64,000 nucleotides of DNA from Armatimonadota bacterium. Its GTDB lineage: Bacteria > Armatimonadota > SYMT01. This document shows, piece by piece, positions 28,130-37,704 of the stretch; positions within the stretch are counted from its first letter, which is position 1, and the number at the start of each line of letters is the position of its first letter. The stretch spans positions 224,001-288,000 of the forward strand of contig JBKBRF010000004.1 in the NCBI GenBank assembly GCA_046292385.1, written 5' to 3'. Position numbers and translations under genes: made by a program. The notes under the pieces were generated by a model. The model was not told the origin of the DNA, did no database searches, and worked only from the letters and a program-made list of their open reading frames with translations.

Positions 28130-29413
28130 CTACCGCCTGCGGGATGCGCCCGTTATATCCCCGTCTTCGGCCTGGCCGCGCAGCAGGGGGCGAGGGCTCC
28201 GTCCGCCGTCATCGTTGCCGTCGGGGCCACGGCTATAGACCTGCGCCTCGACTCCGTCGGGGTTGAAGACCAGAACGCCGCCGCCGAACGGATCTTCCGG
28301 AACGGCGGGGAGGTACCGGGGGACGAGAGCTTGGAGGGTGGTGGGCGGCTGTCCGCTGTCCAGCTCGTAGCACCGCAGGGCCAGACGCGCCAGCGCAACT
28401 CGATAATCGGCGTCGCGCTTTGCCCATTGCAGCGAGAGGTCGGAGAGCGAGGGGAGCAGCAGCCGGTTGAACGGGTCATCGGGGACCGGCGGAAGCGCCG
28501 CCCGCTCCGCGTACGGCTTGCGAGCCTCCGCGATGAGCGCGTCGTAGTAGGCTCGGTAATGGTAGAGGATCTGGCCCTTGGGCGTAAATCCGAAGCGCAG
28601 CTCTTCCCAGGCTCCGGGCGGCACGCGAAACGTGTTCGAGGGCGCCCCGGGGGCCCGGAGGCGCGCCTGTTCCCAGAACGCCCGGTGGCTCCCCCGTCGC
28701 GCCTCCAGCAGCTCGTAGGTTCCGGAGAGCTGGTAATCGCGATCGGAGGCGAGCACCTGGTGCAGGGCGGTGGAGCGCCGCTCCCGCTCCCGAAGCCGCA
28801 AGAGCGTGTCTCTCGCGGTGTTCGCATCCAGTCGGTCCGCCACCCGGTTGAGGGCGGCGAGCGCCTCCCGCTCGACGGCGATGCCGACCAGGCCATGGAT
28901 CTGGATGCCGCCGCGGGGAACGTCGCCGCCCAGCCGCAGGCAATCGAGGTAGCTCTGGGCGGCCGCGTTCCAACGTCCTCGACTCTCGCCGGCGCGCCCT
29001 TCGATCAGGAGCGCACGTTCCAACCGCCGGAACTCCATCAGCTCCGGTGTCTGGTGGGAAAAGGATCGCGCGGGCGGGTTCAGGTATTCGTGCCGGAAGC
29101 CGGCGCGGAGACGCCGGAGGGCCGGCTGAACGCGTTGCGACCAGCGTTGGAAGTCCCGCGCGGTGAGTGACGGGTCCGACGGGTTGACGGTCTGGAACCG
29201 GGGCGGAAGCAGCGCGGCGGCGGCGACGTAGTCGTCGTACGCATTGGGAGACGGCATCCGCACCGCGGGCGGCCGGTTTGCGGGAAGGCCCTGGCAGTAG
29301 GCCCAGTACCCGGCAACGCCGAGCACTGCCCCCAAGGCCACGGCCGCAAGACCTCCCCACACCCACCTTTGCGCCGCCCGCTTCCGATCGAAAGAAGAAG
29401 CTGTCGCTTCCAA
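28130..29413 (-). CDS. Hypothetical membrane-anchored helical protein with a GspG-like C-terminal motif (paralog 2)
   Basis: N-terminal TM; MPSPNAYDDY; C-terminal LQALVPRYLPAVPEDPF...YSRGPDGNDDGG; GGAGG RBS before the TTG start. Confidence 0.8.
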   Translation of the reverse strand: MEATASSFDRKRAAQRWVWGGLAAVALGAVLGVAGYWAYCQGLPANRPPAVRMPSPNAYDDYVAAAALLPPRFQTVNPSDPSLTARDFQRWSQRVQPALRRLRAGFRHEYLNPPARSFSHQTPELMEFRRLERALLIEGRAGESRGRWNAAAQSYLDCLRLGGDVPRGGIQIHGLVGIAVEREALAALNRVADRLDANTARDTLLRLRERERRSTALHQVLASDRDYQLSGTYELLEARRGSHRAFWEQARLRAPGAPSNTFRVPPGAWEELRFGFTPKGQILYHYRAYYDALIAEARKPYAERAALPPVPDDPFNRLLLPSLSDLSLQWAKRDADYRVALARLALRCYELDSGQPPTTLQALVPRYLPAVPEDPFGGGVLVFNPDGVEAQVYSRGPDGNDDGGRSPRPLLRGQAEDGDITGASRRR

Positions 29414-29430
29414 GACGTGCTCCTCCGGAT

Positions 29431-30702
29431 CTACTTCCGCGGGCTCGCGGTGGTGATGTCGCCGTCACCGCCAATCGCGTACTGCCACCGCAGGAGCCGG
29501 CCGCCGTCGTCGTCGCCGTCGGGGCCGCGACTGTAGACCTGCGCCTCCAGTCCGCGGGGACTGTAGAGGAGGGCGCCGGTGCCGAACGGATCCCGCGGGA
29601 CCGAGGGCAGGTAACGCGGCACGAGCTGCTCCAGGCGGGTGGGGGAAACGCCCCGCTCCAGCCGGTAGGCGCGCAGCGCCAGCCGGGATTGAATCACCCG
29701 GCAGACCGCATCCCGTTCCTCGAAGCGGAGGTGCGCGCTGATGAAGGTTGGCGCCAGCGACCGGTTGAAGGCATCCTCCGGGATCGGTGGACTGGCCCGG
29801 GTTCCGTACGGCTTGCGCGCTTCCGCGATGAGCGCGTCGTAGTAGGCGCGGTAGTCGTGAAGGACCCGCGCCTTCGGCGTAAACGCAAACTGGACCTCCA
29901 TCCAACGCTCCGGGAGTGTCGGTGGAGTGGTCTGCCCGCTCAGCATCCGGAGGGAGGACCACCCCGGCACCGCCCCATGCTTTCCCTGGAGCAACTCGTA
30001 GGCACCGGCAATACCGGCATCTCGCTCCGCGGCGAGTGTCTGGTCGAACGGGATCGATTCTCGATCGACACGGGCCAGCTCCGCCGCCAGCCGTCGCGCG
30101 GTGCGAGCGTCCAGCCGGTCTGCCAGCGCTTCCAGCCGGGGGAGCGCCATCTGCTGGATTGAGACGCCGACGAGCCCGTGAATTAACGTGCCGCCCCGAG
30201 GGACATCCGCTCCCAGTCGGAGGCAGTCGACGTACGCGCGGGCGGCCTCGTCGGACCGGCCCGCCCGCTCCGCCGCCAACCCGGTAAGCACCAGTCCACG
30301 CCCGAGCACGCGGAACTGCGCCAGCTCCGGGAAAGGCTGGGTGAACGAGAGGACGGGCGGATTGCGGTACTCGTGAGGGAAGCCGTCCCGCAGCCGCTGT
30401 AGTGCCGGCTGAAGCTGCTGGGCCCACCTGCGGAGCTCCGCCTCCGGCAACTCGTCCCGCGATACGTCGACCTGCTCGAACCCGGCAGGGAGCAGGGCGA
30501 CCGCGGCGACGTAGTCGTCGTACGCGTTCGGCGACGGCATCCGCACGCGCGCCGGCGTGTAGGGCGGCAGGGCCTGGCAGTAAGCCCAATACCCCACCAC
30601 TCCCAGCGCGAGCACCGCCAGCAGCGTGGCAACACTCCCCGCCAGCCAGAGGCGGGCCGCCCGTTTTCGACGCGGAGAGGAGGCAGCAGCTTCCATATCC
30701 AT
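29431..30702 (-). CDS. Hypothetical membrane-anchored helical protein with a GspG-like C-terminal motif (paralog 1)
   Basis: Collinear with 28130..29413 (GYWAYCQ, MPSPNAYDDYVAA, YRAYYDALIAEARKPY, YSRGPDGDDDGG). Confidence 0.8.
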   Translation of the reverse strand: MDMEAAASSPRRKRAARLWLAGSVATLLAVLALGVVGYWAYCQALPPYTPARVRMPSPNAYDDYVAAVALLPAGFEQVDVSRDELPEAELRRWAQQLQPALQRLRDGFPHEYRNPPVLSFTQPFPELAQFRVLGRGLVLTGLAAERAGRSDEAARAYVDCLRLGADVPRGGTLIHGLVGVSIQQMALPRLEALADRLDARTARRLAAELARVDRESIPFDQTLAAERDAGIAGAYELLQGKHGAVPGWSSLRMLSGQTTPPTLPERWMEVQFAFTPKARVLHDYRAYYDALIAEARKPYGTRASPPIPEDAFNRSLAPTFISAHLRFEERDAVCRVIQSRLALRAYRLERGVSPTRLEQLVPRYLPSVPRDPFGTGALLYSPRGLEAQVYSRGPDGDDDGGRLLRWQYAIGGDGDITTASPRK

Positions 30703-30741
30703 CCCATAACGGTGGGAGAGCGGGGTTGGATACGCATTTTC

Positions 30742-30886
30742 TAGGGTCTAGGGGATAGGGTCTAGGGGATAGGGTCTAGGGGATAGGATATGGCGGGCTT
30801 GTGCGTCACCAGGCCGTCATTGGGCAAACGGCTGCGCGCTAACGGAACGGATCGTTCCCACACCCTAAACCCTAGACCCGAAACCC
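30742..30886. repeat. Inverted heptamer-array element (TAGGGTCTAGGGGA x3 ... CCCTAAA CCCTAGA CCCGAAA CCC)
   Basis: Three exact 14-bp units at 30742-30783; C-rich arm at 30863-30886. Confidence 0.8.
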
Positions 30887-30897
30887 GGGCTGCCCAG

Positions 30898-30927
30898 TGT
30901 AACCTTTTCCTCCCCGGCCGCATCGAA
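30898..30927 (+). promoter_or_regulatory. Possible autoregulatory ECF promoter
   Basis: TGTAACC, 16 nt spacer, CATCGAA, upstream of the ECF sigma gene; an AAC-containing -35 is typical of ECF promoters. Confidence 0.4.
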
Positions 30928-30976
30928 CCGGTGTAAGGGCCCAAGAATAGAGGATGGATGCCATCACGAGGATTCC

Positions 30977-31606
30977 GTGAGTATGCCCCTCGGCCAGAGC
31001 ATGGAAGCGGCCGGCGCGTCCCGGGCGACTGCCGCCGGCGCTCCTGACTCCGACCTGAACCTGATCCGTCTTTTCCGCGCGGGCGACGAGGCGGCGTTCG
31101 ACCGGCTGTACGTCAAGCACCAGGAGTACGTCTACAACGTCTGCCTGGGGATCCTGGCGAATGCCGACGACGCGCGCGACTCGACGCAGGAGACGTTCCT
31201 CCGCGTCTACCGCAAGGTGGCGGAGTTCCGGGCAGAGGCGGCGTTCTCGACCTGGCTCTACCGGGTGGCGGTCAACGTGTGCGTGGGGCACCTGCGGAAG
31301 CGACCGCGCACCGCCACCGCTTCGCTGGAGGACGAAAACGTGCGCGAGATCGCCGACGACGCACCGGAGCTCGATTCCGGGCTCACGCGCGCCGTGGACG
31401 AGGCGCTGGTGCGCGAGTTGGTGGCGGAGCTGCCGGAAGACTACCGGGTGGTGCTGGTGCTCCGCTATTTCCAGAACCTCTCGTATGAGGAGATGATGGA
31501 AGTCCTGGGGTATACGCTGGGCCAGGTGAAGGTGAAGCTGCACCGCGCCCGCCGGGCCTTCGCGAAGCGGTGGGAAGCGCGCGGATTGGGAGCAGTCGGG
31601 CTGTGA
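30977..31606 (+). CDS. ECF sigma factor (sigma70 family)
   Basis: Region 2 DARDSTQETFLRVY..FSTWLYRVAVN; region 4 LPEDYRVVLVLRYFQNLSYEE..VKVKLHRAR. Confidence 0.95.
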   Translation: MSMPLGQSMEAAGASRATAAGAPDSDLNLIRLFRAGDEAAFDRLYVKHQEYVYNVCLGILANADDARDSTQETFLRVYRKVAEFRAEAAFSTWLYRVAVNVCVGHLRKRPRTATASLEDENVREIADDAPELDSGLTRAVDEALVRELVAELPEDYRVVLVLRYFQNLSYEEMMEVLGYTLGQVKVKLHRARRAFAKRWEARGLGAVGL

Positions 31607-33228
31607 TGAAGTGTCGTCAGGCAGCAAACTGGATCGACGCGGCGCTGGACGGCGACGCGGGGCTTACCTCCACCCAGCGGGAGCAGCTGGAGGCGCACCT
31701 GGCCGGGTGTGCCGGCTGCCGCCGCCAGTGGGAAGCGCTGCGGACGGCGGAGGCGGTGCTGCGGGTGCCGCAGCCGGTCGCCGCGCCGGCCGGCATGCTG
31801 GACGAGTTCCGCCGCCGCCTGGAAGCGGAGCGCGCGGCTCCGGTGCTCCCGCCGTCTCGCCGCTGGAGCTGGAGCTGGCTCTGGCCGGTCGGCTCCCTCG
31901 CGGCGGCCGGCGCGGCGGCGGCGCTGGCGCTGCACTTCAGCACGCCGACCCTGCTCCTGCCGTCCACCCCGGACTCCGCGCCCGCTGCGGCAATCCCGGA
32001 GAGAACCGGGAGCGCTTCGGCACCGACGCGCGGCTCGGCGGATGCTCCGGCTGCCCGCGCGGGGACCGGCGCTCCCGATGCCGCGCGAGGCCGGCGAGAG
32101 TCGCCGCGCCCCCCCTCGTCTCCAGCGGCCGGAGGCGGGGAGCTCCGGTCCAGCCCCGCCAAAGTGACCACGCCGGCGGCGGGAGCGCGGCCGGAGCGTG
32201 AGAGGACAGCTACCGACTCGACTGCCGCGGCAGACTTCACCCGCCCCCATCCGCAGGCCACGACTGCCGGAGGGCACGCGGCGGACCTGAAGCAGGATGC
32301 GGCGGCGGCCATGCTGGGACTGGAGAGCACCCACCCCAAGCCGGTAGGGAGACGGTCCGCCGCGCCGGAGCAGACGACTCAGCTCTTCGCGGATTGGCCG
32401 ACCTTTTATGTCTCGGGGCAGCGCGACAACGCGCCCACCGCGGCCCCGCTCGCACCGGAGTTCGAGGTCTCGCCCGCCGTTCTGAGCGCCCTGCAGCGTC
32501 CCGTAAGGGTCAGCGGAGAGATGCAAAGCCTGCAGGACGCGGCGGAGAGGCTGAGCGAGGCGGCCGACGTTCGCCTGGAGATCGAGGGGCGGCCGTCGGT
32601 GCTTCGCCGGCAGGTACGCCTCAGCGCCCCCACGGATGAAGCCCCGCTGTGGGTGGTGCTGCAGAACGTAGCGCAGGAGCACAGCCTGCGAATCTACCCG
32701 AAGGAGAACCAGCTCGTGCTGCGCCCGGCGGAGGAGACGGAGCGGCGTGGCGGCAAGGCGGTGGCCAGGGCGGAGGCGGTGGCGCCGCGCGCGCCGGAGG
32801 CGCTCTCCCAGAAGCGGGGCCCGGCTCCGCCACCGGAGCCGACCCGGACGATGCGCGCCGTGACGTCTGCCCCACCGGCCGGCCCCGCCGCGCCTTCCTC
32901 TGCTCCGGCGCCGTTCGGCGGCCTGGCGGGAGGCGGCTTGGGCGGGTTCGCCGGCGGCGACCGAGACCACGCCCCGGAGTCGCGGCTGATGTATCGCCGC
33001 GGCGCTGCCTACCCGGGTCTCGCGCCGGACCGCTCCGTGTGGCCGTCGCAGTGGGGTCTGCTGCCGGAGCAGGGCTTCCGCCTGCCCAGCCCGGAGGAGT
33101 TCGCGCAGAACCAGCTCTACGGCACGGCGGTGCCGCAGGGTAATGCTCCGGACCGCCCGGCGGCGGAAAAGGCTTCCACACCCCAGCCGAGCTCGCCGGC
33201 GAAGCCCCAGCTCCCGAAAAAGCGCTAG
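31606..33228 (+). CDS. Zinc-binding (ZAS) anti-sigma factor with a TM helix, low-complexity linker and STN-like extracytoplasmic domain
   Basis: MKC...HLAGCAGC (HxxxCxxC); translationally coupled to the sigma gene (TGATG); one TM; LQDAAERLSEAADVRL..PLWVVLQNVA. Confidence 0.85.
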   Translation: MKCRQAANWIDAALDGDAGLTSTQREQLEAHLAGCAGCRRQWEALRTAEAVLRVPQPVAAPAGMLDEFRRRLEAERAAPVLPPSRRWSWSWLWPVGSLAAAGAAAALALHFSTPTLLLPSTPDSAPAAAIPERTGSASAPTRGSADAPAARAGTGAPDAARGRRESPRPPSSPAAGGGELRSSPAKVTTPAAGARPERERTATDSTAAADFTRPHPQATTAGGHAADLKQDAAAAMLGLESTHPKPVGRRSAAPEQTTQLFADWPTFYVSGQRDNAPTAAPLAPEFEVSPAVLSALQRPVRVSGEMQSLQDAAERLSEAADVRLEIEGRPSVLRRQVRLSAPTDEAPLWVVLQNVAQEHSLRIYPKENQLVLRPAEETERRGGKAVARAEAVAPRAPEALSQKRGPAPPPEPTRTMRAVTSAPPAGPAAPSSAPAPFGGLAGGGLGGFAGGDRDHAPESRLMYRRGAAYPGLAPDRSVWPSQWGLLPEQGFRLPSPEEFAQNQLYGTAVPQGNAPDRPAAEKASTPQPSSPAKPQLPKKR

Positions 33229-33324
33229 GGACCGCCGCCCCGGGTACGCGCCGCGGGACCGGGAGCCTCGCCGCCGCTCCCGGTCTTCGGGTGGGTCGCG
33301 CCCGGTGACGGGAGAACCCGGGGA

Positions 33325-33702
33325 TCAGGCGGAAGCCGGCACCGGCGTCCCGATCCGTTCCAGCAGCTTCTTCGCCGCGGCGTGGGCAGGATCGAGCTCC
33401 AGCGTGCGCGTGAGCTCGGCCGTGGCCTCGTCCATCCGGCGCGCCTGGTAGAGCGCCACCGCCAGGTTGTAACGGGCCCCGGCGTGGTCCGGCTGCAGAA
33501 AGGCCGCCTGCTGGAGCGAGGCGACGGCGGAGACGAGGTCGCCCCGCCGCCCGTGGCAGATGCCGAGCAGGCCGTGCGCTCCCACGTCGTCCGGATTGGC
33601 CGCGATCGCCTGCTGGAGCTTCTCCACCGCCTGCGTGAGGTTCCCCGACTGTAGCAGCCGCGCTCCCTCCTCCCGGAGGGCGGCTCCCGATTCCTGGTTC
33701 AT
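33325..33702 (-). CDS. TPR repeat protein
   Basis: Three TPR units (AHGLLGIC, ARYNLAVAL, LELDPAH). Confidence 0.85.
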   Translation of the reverse strand: MNQESGAALREEGARLLQSGNLTQAVEKLQQAIAANPDDVGAHGLLGICHGRRGDLVSAVASLQQAAFLQPDHAGARYNLAVALYQARRMDEATAELTRTLELDPAHAAAKKLLERIGTPVPASA

Positions 33703-33810
33703 TGCTGTTCCCTGTGCCGGCGCGTTCCGGATGCCGGCGGTTGACTACGACTGCCTACTGGTTCTACAGAGGAGTGCCGGAACCCTACAATGCCGTGCAG
33801 CCGCCCGAAG

Positions 33811-34737
33811 TCAGGGAATCGGGGTGAAGGTCACGCTCACCAGCCAGAGCAGCAAGCTGCAGAGCGCCACGTAGGCGACGCCCATCACCACGCGCTGCGA
33901 CGAGGTGACGGGAGTACCGCCTTCCGGCGTCACGTCGCCGTGGCGCAGGCCGTGCCAGAGCCGCGGCAGCGAGAGGAGGACCAGCAAGATCAGCAGCGGG
34001 TTGCGCAGCATTCCGGTGGCGTAGCCGGCGATCATCACCACCACGCCGACCAGCCAGATTCGCGGCGAGACCGCGCCGGTGATCCAGCCGCCGTCGAGCG
34101 GAAAGATCGGCGCCAGGTTGAAGAGGTTGAGCAGGAACGTGAAGTAGGCGAGCGAGAGGAATAGCCCGCTCCCGGTAAGGCCGTACAGGCCCAGGCAGGC
34201 CAGCCCCGCCAGGGTGCCGCCGATCGGCCCGCCGATCCCGATCACCGCCTCTTCGAACGGCGACTTCGCCGCGCGCTTCTGGAGGATCAGCGCCCCGAAG
34301 CCGGGGATGAAGAACGGCGCCGAGACCGGGACGCCGAAGCGGGCCGCCGCGAAGACATGCCCCATCTCGTGCACCAGGATGGAGAGCACGAAGCCGAGCC
34401 CGAAGGGCCAGCCCCAGAGCGTGGCGTAGTACCACGCGCTGAGGAGCATGGTGCCGCTCGTCTGCAGCACCGGCAGCACGAACTTGAGACTGGCCAGGGA
34501 CTTGAGCTTGCCGGCCAGCAGGAAGAGGGAGACGCCGATCGGGCCGAGCACCTTGAGCCGCTCCACCCAGCCGGACTGCGCCGCGGCCGGCGTGGAGGCG
34601 GTGGGCGACGCGGCAGGGCGCGCGGGCTGCGACGTGCCGGCGGCGAGGTCGAAGTCGAGCGCCGGCGCGGCCGCGGTGCCGCAAGCAGGACAGGCGCCGC
34701 TGAGTGGAACCGAATTCTGGCAGTGAGAGCAGGTCAT
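33811..34737 (-). CDS. Site-2 protease (peptidase M50) with N-terminal zinc ribbon
   Basis: HEMGH and NLAPIFPLDGG motifs; N-terminal CSHC..CPAC; ATG 34737 overlaps the upstream stop. Confidence 0.9.
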   Translation of the reverse strand: MTCSHCQNSVPLSGACPACGTAAAPALDFDLAAGTSQPARPAASPTASTPAAAQSGWVERLKVLGPIGVSLFLLAGKLKSLASLKFVLPVLQTSGTMLLSAWYYATLWGWPFGLGFVLSILVHEMGHVFAAARFGVPVSAPFFIPGFGALILQKRAAKSPFEEAVIGIGGPIGGTLAGLACLGLYGLTGSGLFLSLAYFTFLLNLFNLAPIFPLDGGWITGAVSPRIWLVGVVVMIAGYATGMLRNPLLILLVLLSLPRLWHGLRHGDVTPEGGTPVTSSQRVVMGVAYVALCSLLLWLVSVTFTPIP

Positions 34738-35654
34738 CAAACTGGTCGCTGCACCCGCGAGGCGATTCCCGCCCCGATGTAACGTCCCGTGAACACGTAG
34801 AAGAAGATGTTGATCGCCATGAAGCCGCCGCCGAGGAGCATCTCGAGACCCAGGATGATCAGGCCGGCGCCCACGCCGACCATCCACCCCTTCTCTTCGT
34901 CCAGGTTAGCGAGCCCAATGATCCAGCCGGTAATCGCGCCGAAGAACCCGTAAATGATGGCCTGGCCGATCGTTTCCACCCACCAGTCGGACGGTACCGA
35001 TCCCCTGGAGAAGAGGAACATCGAGATCGTCGACCAGAGGGTCCACCACTGGCCGTACAGGAGACCCCAGCCCCAGCCGCGCAGGAAGCGTCGCCCGATT
35101 CCGGGCAGCTTCCCTGCCGGTACGGCGGCGGCGTGTGGAGTCCCGGTCGGGAGCGTCATCGGAGCGCCCGGTGCGGGGCCGGCCGCCGGAGCGGGCTGCC
35201 AGGTCTGCGCCGGGCCGCCGAGCAGTGGGGGAGCGGGAGCCGCGTTGGGCGCGGCGGGAGCCGCCGCCGGCGGAGCGACGGTAGACGCTGCGCCGCTCGC
35301 TTCGATCCGCCGGAGCAGGTCCTGCGCCCCGGCATGCTCCGGCTGTAGCTGCAGGGCGCGGCGCACCGCGGAGGCGGCCTCGCGGGTGTCGCCGGCCTGG
35401 AACGCCGCGAGCGCCAGGTTGTAGTGTGCCGCGGCGTCGCCCGGCTGCAGCGCGGAGGCCTGACGCAGCGCGACGAGCGCGGCGGGCAGGTTGCCCTGTC
35501 GCGCCTGGCAGATTCCCAGCAGGCCGTAGGCGCGCGCGTCGCCCGGATCGAGGCGTACCGCCTCACTCAACAGCCGCTCCGCCTCCGGCAGGTTGCCGGC
35601 CTGGAGCTGGCGGGCTCCTTCTTCTCGCGGCGACGCCGACACGTTTTCCATCAA
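34737..35654 (-). CDS. TPR domain, Pro/Ala linker and 4-TM membrane domain protein
   Basis: N-terminal TPRs closely paralogous to 33325..33702; C-terminal hydrophobic helices. Confidence 0.8.
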   Translation of the reverse strand: MMENVSASPREEGARQLQAGNLPEAERLLSEAVRLDPGDARAYGLLGICQARQGNLPAALVALRQASALQPGDAAAHYNLALAAFQAGDTREAASAVRRALQLQPEHAGAQDLLRRIEASGAASTVAPPAAAPAAPNAAPAPPLLGGPAQTWQPAPAAGPAPGAPMTLPTGTPHAAAVPAGKLPGIGRRFLRGWGWGLLYGQWWTLWSTISMFLFSRGSVPSDWWVETIGQAIIYGFFGAITGWIIGLANLDEEKGWMVGVGAGLIILGLEMLLGGGFMAINIFFYVFTGRYIGAGIASRVQRPV

Positions 35655-35697
35655 ATAGCTCTCCCTGCCGCTTCGGTGCGGCGCCGTCCGGACGAGA

Positions 35698-36468
35698 TTA
35701 CGAAAGTCCCATCGCTTGCAGGTTCCGCAGGCTGATCGCCAGGCTGTCGAACGGGTCCCGCTCGTAGGTGTGGTCCTGCTCCACCACGTACCAGCGCACG
35801 CCGGCCTCCCGGCAGGCTTCCAGGATCGCGGGCCAGTTCAGGTTGCCTTCGCCCACCTCCGCCATGAGCTGCTCTTTGCCGTCGCGAATCGACATGTCCT
35901 TGAGGTGGACCACCGGCAGCCGGCCCTGCATCCGGCGGATCCACCAGGCGGGATCGCCGCCCCCGTGCTGGATCCAGTACGTATCGATCTCGGCGTTGAA
36001 CACCGCTGCGTCGCTCTCGGAGTAGAGGATCTCGAGCCCGGTCCGGCCGTCGAGCCGCTCCAGCTCGAAGCTGTGGTTGTGGTAGCCGAAGGTGAGACCG
36101 CGCTCCTTCAGCCGCCGCGCCACTTCGCTCGCTTCCCGCGCGAAGCGCGGATAGCCTTCCGCGGTGCGGTACTCCGGCGGCATCGAGCCGACGGCGACGC
36201 TGCGGCAGCCCAGGAACTCCTGCTCCTCTACCACTGCCTCCAGCTCATCGCGCATCCGCGGGAAGGACACGTGCGCGGCGCAGGCGGTGAGCCCCTCACC
36301 GTCGAGGATTCTCCGCAGCTCGCGCGGATCGATCGGGCCGACCGCGGCGAGCTGGACCGCGCGGTAGCCGATTGCGGCGAGCTTCTTGAGGCTGGCGGCG
36401 ATCTCTTCCGGGGTCTTGATGAACTCCCGGACGGTGTAGAGCTGGGCAGCGAGGCAGGTCTCGGCCAT
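35698..36468 (-). CDS. Sugar phosphate isomerase/epimerase (xylose isomerase-like TIM barrel)
   Basis: Motifs AAQLYTVR, YHNHSFE, EIDTYW, VHLKD and YVVEQD; C-terminal part of ORF 35698..37608. Confidence 0.9.
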   Translation of the reverse strand: MAETCLAAQLYTVREFIKTPEEIAASLKKLAAIGYRAVQLAAVGPIDPRELRRILDGEGLTACAAHVSFPRMRDELEAVVEEQEFLGCRSVAVGSMPPEYRTAEGYPRFAREASEVARRLKERGLTFGYHNHSFELERLDGRTGLEILYSESDAAVFNAEIDTYWIQHGGGDPAWWIRRMQGRLPVVHLKDMSIRDGKEQLMAEVGEGNLNWPAILEACREAGVRWYVVEQDHTYERDPFDSLAISLRNLQAMGLS

Positions 36469-36609
36469 CGGATGTAAGACTCCGGTGAGAATAGAGCTTT
36501 GATGACGATAGGGGAAGGTACGCCGGGAATGCGGCAAGCCCCTCCCCGGATGCGGCTCCCGGCCGGATGCGGTACGGTATCGGTGTTTACGAACGACAGG
36601 AGGCGAGGC

Positions 36610-37692
36610 ATGCAGCCGTATCGGTTCGCGGTGGTGGGGGCCGGCTGGCGTACCGACTTCTTTCTGCGCATCGCGCGGGAGCTGCCCGAGCGGTTCGAGC
36701 TCTGCGGGGTGGTGGTCCGCAGCCCGGAAAAGGGGGAAGTGCTGGAGGCCCGCTGGGGCGTACCGACCTTCCGCACGCCGGAGGCGCTGCTCCAGGCGGT
36801 CTCGCCGGAGCTCTGGGTCAGCAGCGTCTCTTATGCCGCGAACGGCGAGGTGACGCTCTCGCTGCTGGAGACCGGGCTGCCGATCCTGACGGAGACCCCA
36901 CCCGCCGCCACGCTGGAAGAGATGCAGGCGCTCTGGCGTCGGGTGCGGGAAGTCGGCGGGCGCGTGCAGGTAGCGGAGCAGTTCCACCGGCAGCCGCATC
37001 ACGCGGCGCGGCTGGAGGCGGTCCGCCAGGGACACCTGGGGCCGGTCCACACCGCCTACGTCTCGCTGTCGCACGGCTACCACGGCACCAGCCTGATCCG
37101 GCGCTTCCTCGGCGTCCAATTCGAGCCGGCGCGGATCGTCGGGACGGGCTGGACCGATCGTGTCCACGACTCCGGCGGCCGGGAGGGCCCCCCGGTGAAT
37201 CCGGGGATCAAAGACTCGCCGCAGCAGATCGCGCTGCTCGACTTCGGCGGAAAGCAGGCGGTCTTCGACTTCACGAGCGTGCAGTACTTCTCCCCGATCC
37301 GCGCGCAGCGGGTCTGCATCCGGGGCGAGAAGGGAGAGATCGTCGACGAGCTGCTCCGGACCTACAACGCCGAGGGCGAGCCGATCACCGTACCGTTCCT
37401 CCGGCGCGCGGCAGGGCCGAATGGAAACCTGGAGGGACACCACCTTCAGGGCATCCAGCTGGGAGACACCTGGATCTACCGCAACCCGACCGCCCCGGCG
37501 CGCCTGAGTGACGAGGAGATCGCGATGGCGGAAATGCTCCGCGGCATGGGTGAATATGCCCGGGGCGGCGCGGAGGTCTACCCGCTGGTCGAAGCGATGC
37601 AGGACCACTACCTCGGCCTCTGCATCCGCCGCGCCTGTGAGACGGGGGAGCCGGTGGAAGCGACTCCCCAGGAGTGGGCGCGGGACGCCTGA
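36610..37692 (+). CDS. Gfo/Idh/MocA family oxidoreductase
   Basis: Motifs FAVVGAGWR, ILTETPPA, QVAEQF and HGYHG; GAGG before ATG 36610. Confidence 0.85.
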   Translation: MQPYRFAVVGAGWRTDFFLRIARELPERFELCGVVVRSPEKGEVLEARWGVPTFRTPEALLQAVSPELWVSSVSYAANGEVTLSLLETGLPILTETPPAATLEEMQALWRRVREVGGRVQVAEQFHRQPHHAARLEAVRQGHLGPVHTAYVSLSHGYHGTSLIRRFLGVQFEPARIVGTGWTDRVHDSGGREGPPVNPGIKDSPQQIALLDFGGKQAVFDFTSVQYFSPIRAQRVCIRGEKGEIVDELLRTYNAEGEPITVPFLRRAAGPNGNLEGHHLQGIQLGDTWIYRNPTAPARLSDEEIAMAEMLRGMGEYARGGAEVYPLVEAMQDHYLGLCIRRACETGEPVEATPQEWARDA

Positions 37693-37704
37693 ACGGCTGC
37701 GCCG

